From Porphyridium purpureum (lineage: Eukaryota), in contig VRMN01000008.1 in the NCBI GenBank assembly GCA_008690995.1, positions 744,001-808,000 on the forward strand: a stretch of 64,000 nucleotides of DNA. Direction: 5' to 3'. Below the pieces are notes generated by a model that saw nothing but the letters and a program-made list of their open reading frames with translations, had not been told where the DNA came from and made no database searches. Positions 61,330 to 64,000 of the stretch are shown here, piece after piece. Both the position numbers and the translations under genes were made by a program. Numbering within the stretch: the first letter of the stretch is position 1; each line of letters begins with the position of its first letter.

Positions 61330-62991
61330 TCAAGGGTTCGTGTCCGAACCAGAATATTCCATGTAGTCCAGGAACGAAGGTGCAGATGCCGCGGATGGTG
61401 CGCCCATAGCTTGTTCGATATCGTCGCTTTCATTCATTGAGTTCACCGTTGGAGCATGTGAAGGTCGGGGCAAACGACGAACAGACGCACGCGGGCAATT
61501 GATGAGGCGCAATTGAGTTGCACGATATCGGATGGCTCGACACAAGCGTAGGTCTCCGTCATTGATTGCGATATCGCTGTCACGGACACAAATTCGGCCC
61601 TCTTCGTCCAGCTGTATGGAATGGATATCCGAGCGAAACCAGCGTCGGCATATCTGGATACACTTCAATATGCCCATGAAGCCCTTCTCAGGCAGCTTTC
61701 CATCAGCCCAAGACGTATATGTTTCCCAGTGTATTGGAATATTCCATTCGTCTTCATTATCTCCAGGCATGTCATCACTTTCCTCCGATCGGTCGTGCCA
61801 GTCCGATGTGGTGTCATCACGTGCTTGACACACTTTCGATATCGATGGTGCCCGCGCCTGAGCCGAAGAGACAAAGAGGGAGTGCATCTGCAGCATACAG
61901 AGACCTTCCAAGTTGAGTCCGATATCAGCAAACGGATAGTCTTTTCCATCCTTCGCACCCGAGCGCAGGCCCAACAGTGACAGCATGAGCGAGTTTGACC
62001 ACAGTGTCGACGACCAAGCCTTGTCAGATTCGGAACCGTCCCTATCCGGACGTAGCCATATGGAGTCCGCTTCATCGATTTTCAGCTCACGACAAAGGAC
62101 ACTGTAGTATGGATCTCTTTCAAGCGCCAATATTGATCGGCCATACTTTCCCAGGACCTGCGTGATTGCGTAGTAGATCGCAGTCATCCACGTGATACCG
62201 ATATCGAGAGCTTCCTTCTCCTCGTTTGGCGTGATGCGGTCATCCAGTGGAGCTAGACTTGTACCATATGGTGATACTGGCGTTCTAAACTTTCTGTACA
62301 GTCTAGAACTTAAAAATGGCCGACAGGCAAACGACTTGACAGGTTCCTCAACCGTCCCGTCTCGCGTTATGTAGTCGACGACGCGACGCGCGGTTCCCAG
62401 ATGGGACTTGAAAGCTGCCGCGAGCGACATACGAATATTCCTGCGGAGCCCATTTTTGGCACCTTTCAGCGATTCCTGCATCAAAGTAGTAAGTGCTTCG
62501 TCTTCCATCATGGACGGAGGATCCACAAACCCAATGTCAGTGTACCATGTGGTAAACATTGTCAAGCCCGGCGATGCCGCTGGCGTGTACGGCTCGCGAT
62601 GATCATATGTAGCGGCAAGGCGCTCGAACTTGCGCCAGAAGTCCATACAGCCCGTACCCGCGTCGTCGACCTTTACAACCGCAGGTAACAGCCCACGATT
62701 CACAATATTGCGCACAAAGATATCGGTCGCGGAGCCTCTTCTGGCTCGCTTCTTCGCTCTGTCTTTCCCGCGGCGCCGCCGCCCAAAATTGGATCCATCG
62801 ACTGTGGAAGACAAGGCTGGTGTGACCACAGCCTCCGCCGGCGCGTCCTCGTCCCCCCGCAGCCGCCGGGCCACTGCGCTGCGCGACGAAATCTCAGCGC
62901 TGCGACTCATTCCAATATTGACACCCGCGCCACGGACAAGCGCACCCCTTCCCAAGTCTGCCATATGGCGCGCCACCTTCGAGATGCACAA
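61330..62991 (-). CDS. Transposon cargo: orphan protein with basic NLS-like tract
   Basis: 553-aa intact ORF, RRRRGKDRAKKRARR; no family recognised. Confidence 0.7.
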   Translation of the reverse strand: MCISKVARHMADLGRGALVRGAGVNIGMSRSAEISSRSAVARRLRGDEDAPAEAVVTPALSSTVDGSNFGRRRRGKDRAKKRARRGSATDIFVRNIVNRGLLPAVVKVDDAGTGCMDFWRKFERLAATYDHREPYTPAASPGLTMFTTWYTDIGFVDPPSMMEDEALTTLMQESLKGAKNGLRRNIRMSLAAAFKSHLGTARRVVDYITRDGTVEEPVKSFACRPFLSSRLYRKFRTPVSPYGTSLAPLDDRITPNEEKEALDIGITWMTAIYYAITQVLGKYGRSILALERDPYYSVLCRELKIDEADSIWLRPDRDGSESDKAWSSTLWSNSLMLSLLGLRSGAKDGKDYPFADIGLNLEGLCMLQMHSLFVSSAQARAPSISKVCQARDDTTSDWHDRSEESDDMPGDNEDEWNIPIHWETYTSWADGKLPEKGFMGILKCIQICRRWFRSDIHSIQLDEEGRICVRDSDIAINDGDLRLCRAIRYRATQLRLINCPRASVRRLPRPSHAPTVNSMNESDDIEQAMGAPSAASAPSFLDYMEYSGSDTNP

Positions 62992-63246
62992 GCTCGCCTA
63001 TCTCTCTTCTCCCCCTTGGCGAGAGCGCGCGCAAAAGACAAGTCTAGATTGGAAAAATAGAGCTATTTTCATATCAAAACGTGACCTCTTGGACGTGACC
63101 CGTGTGGGGTGTTGGGGAAGGGATCGCATGCCGTCAAGTTGCGAAGGGGTCGCTTGCTCGCGGAGAAAAAGGGGAGCGGCGATATTGCGACAGAGGCAGG
63201 TTCTGCGGAGACGGGGATTTGCCGGCTGACGACAGCACTTGTCCAT

Positions 63247-64000
63247 ATGGAACGCTCGCTCGGTTCATACCGGGCGGAGGCATGGGAGCTGGAGGACTTG
63301 TACGCGTCCGGAGATATCACCCAGGATGACTTGGACGCCACTCCATATGGACAAAGGATGTGGTTCGGGCCGCTGCTGCCGCCCGATCTTCCACAGGTCT
63401 CTCGGGTGCGGCGCACGGAAGCCTTGCGCCGTGACGAGACGGCCGCGTCGGACCCGATGTCTCACGCCGATATCGGAGCCCGCGAGGCGCACCTGGGCAT
63501 CGCAGTGAGCCATGCGTTTTTGATGTACTTCAGCAATATTGTTGGAGCTCTCAAGTGTCTACGTGGTGGCGTCACGGTGGCCCACTGGATCGCAGAAACC
63601 CCATATGGGCAGCACCACTATTCAGCTCATATGGGAGAGTGGGAGGTGGCACTGTATCGCATGTTTCTGGCGGCGCAGCGCACGGAACGCCTCTTTGCGT
63701 GGTCATATGACGAATTCACGGGCGCAATTGCCGACCAAAGTGCTCCGCGCCAGCTGTCATATGGACATAAGCGCAGGCGCACTGACGCAGGTGCACTCGG
63801 ATATCCGAGACGTGCGCGCATTCAAGAGAGTCTAGACTTGGAGGCGTGGCTGCTGAAGCAGAGGTGCGAATGGCCTCGCCGCCTGACAACCGTTGGTCCA
63901 TATGAGCTCAGCCCAAAGCCGACACGAAGTGACGGCTGGAACAGTGCATATGCTCATTTTTACCAGTTGCGCACGCTTATGCCTGCTGCGCACGGTGCGC
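63247..64000 (+). CDS. Transposon cargo: orphan ORF, 3'-truncated by window edge (missing from ORF track)
   Basis: Frame open from 63085 to 64000 with no stop; ATG at 63247 gives MERSLGSYRAEAWELEDL...; at least 251 codons. Confidence 0.7.
   Translation, partial: MERSLGSYRAEAWELEDLYASGDITQDDLDATPYGQRMWFGPLLPPDLPQVSRVRRTEALRRDETAASDPMSHADIGAREAHLGIAVSHAFLMYFSNIVGALKCLRGGVTVAHWIAETPYGQHHYSAHMGEWEVALYRMFLAAQRTERLFAWSYDEFTGAIADQSAPRQLSYGHKRRRTDAGALGYPRRARIQESLDLEAWLLKQRCEWPRRLTTVGPYELSPKPTRSDGWNSAYAHFYQLRTLMPAAHGA

Larger units (their letters stand above)
55940..64000 (+). mobile_element. Large Plavaka/CACTA-like DNA transposon, left part, right end beyond window
   Basis: Repeat-rich AT-rich terminus, Plavaka-type transposase, cargo ORFs, and an abrupt change in oligonucleotide signature. 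Exact left boundary uncertain (about 55928-55955). Confidence 0.8.

Noticed and set aside
56678..64000. Endogenous virus or Polinton
   Set aside because: No capsid, packaging ATPase, pPolB or integrase motifs seen; the large ORF is a Plavaka-type transposase. Sequence beyond the window could change this.

Overview
Eukaryotic nuclear DNA that is GC-rich and gene-dense, with essentially intronless CDSs. The MAF/MFAF-type plastid transit peptides and the gene set best fit a compact red alga such as Porphyridium (inference). Bases 1 to ~55,900 hold about 24 single-exon housekeeping genes: FANCD2-like, TMEM33, BOP1, PH-CaMK kinase, IMPase, PDH E2, ATP synthase g, UBL-Trx-PUB-UIM protein, NOL6, RBM22, HMCES, Mpv17, KEA, NIPA, CDPK, kelch, nucleotide-sugar transporter, MAD2, CIA1, PIN-PhoH, GS-HQR and others. 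Two things the ORF track does not show stand out. (1) The 2-kb gap at 28.3-30.2 kb contains a minus-strand, apparently spliced non-coding host transcript. Its first intron holds a dual-guide U32-like C/D snoRNA, and its second intron may hold another. (2) From ~55,940 to the window end lies the left part of a large Plavaka/CACTA-like DNA transposon. It has a structured repeat-rich terminus, an intact 1121-aa transposase, a PWWP chromatin-reader cargo gene, two orphan cargo ORFs (one absent from the track) and a strong excess of ATAT-centred palindromes. A recurrent GTACAGT/ACTGTAC motif marks many promoter regions. All family calls are by-eye motif recognition; no searches were run.
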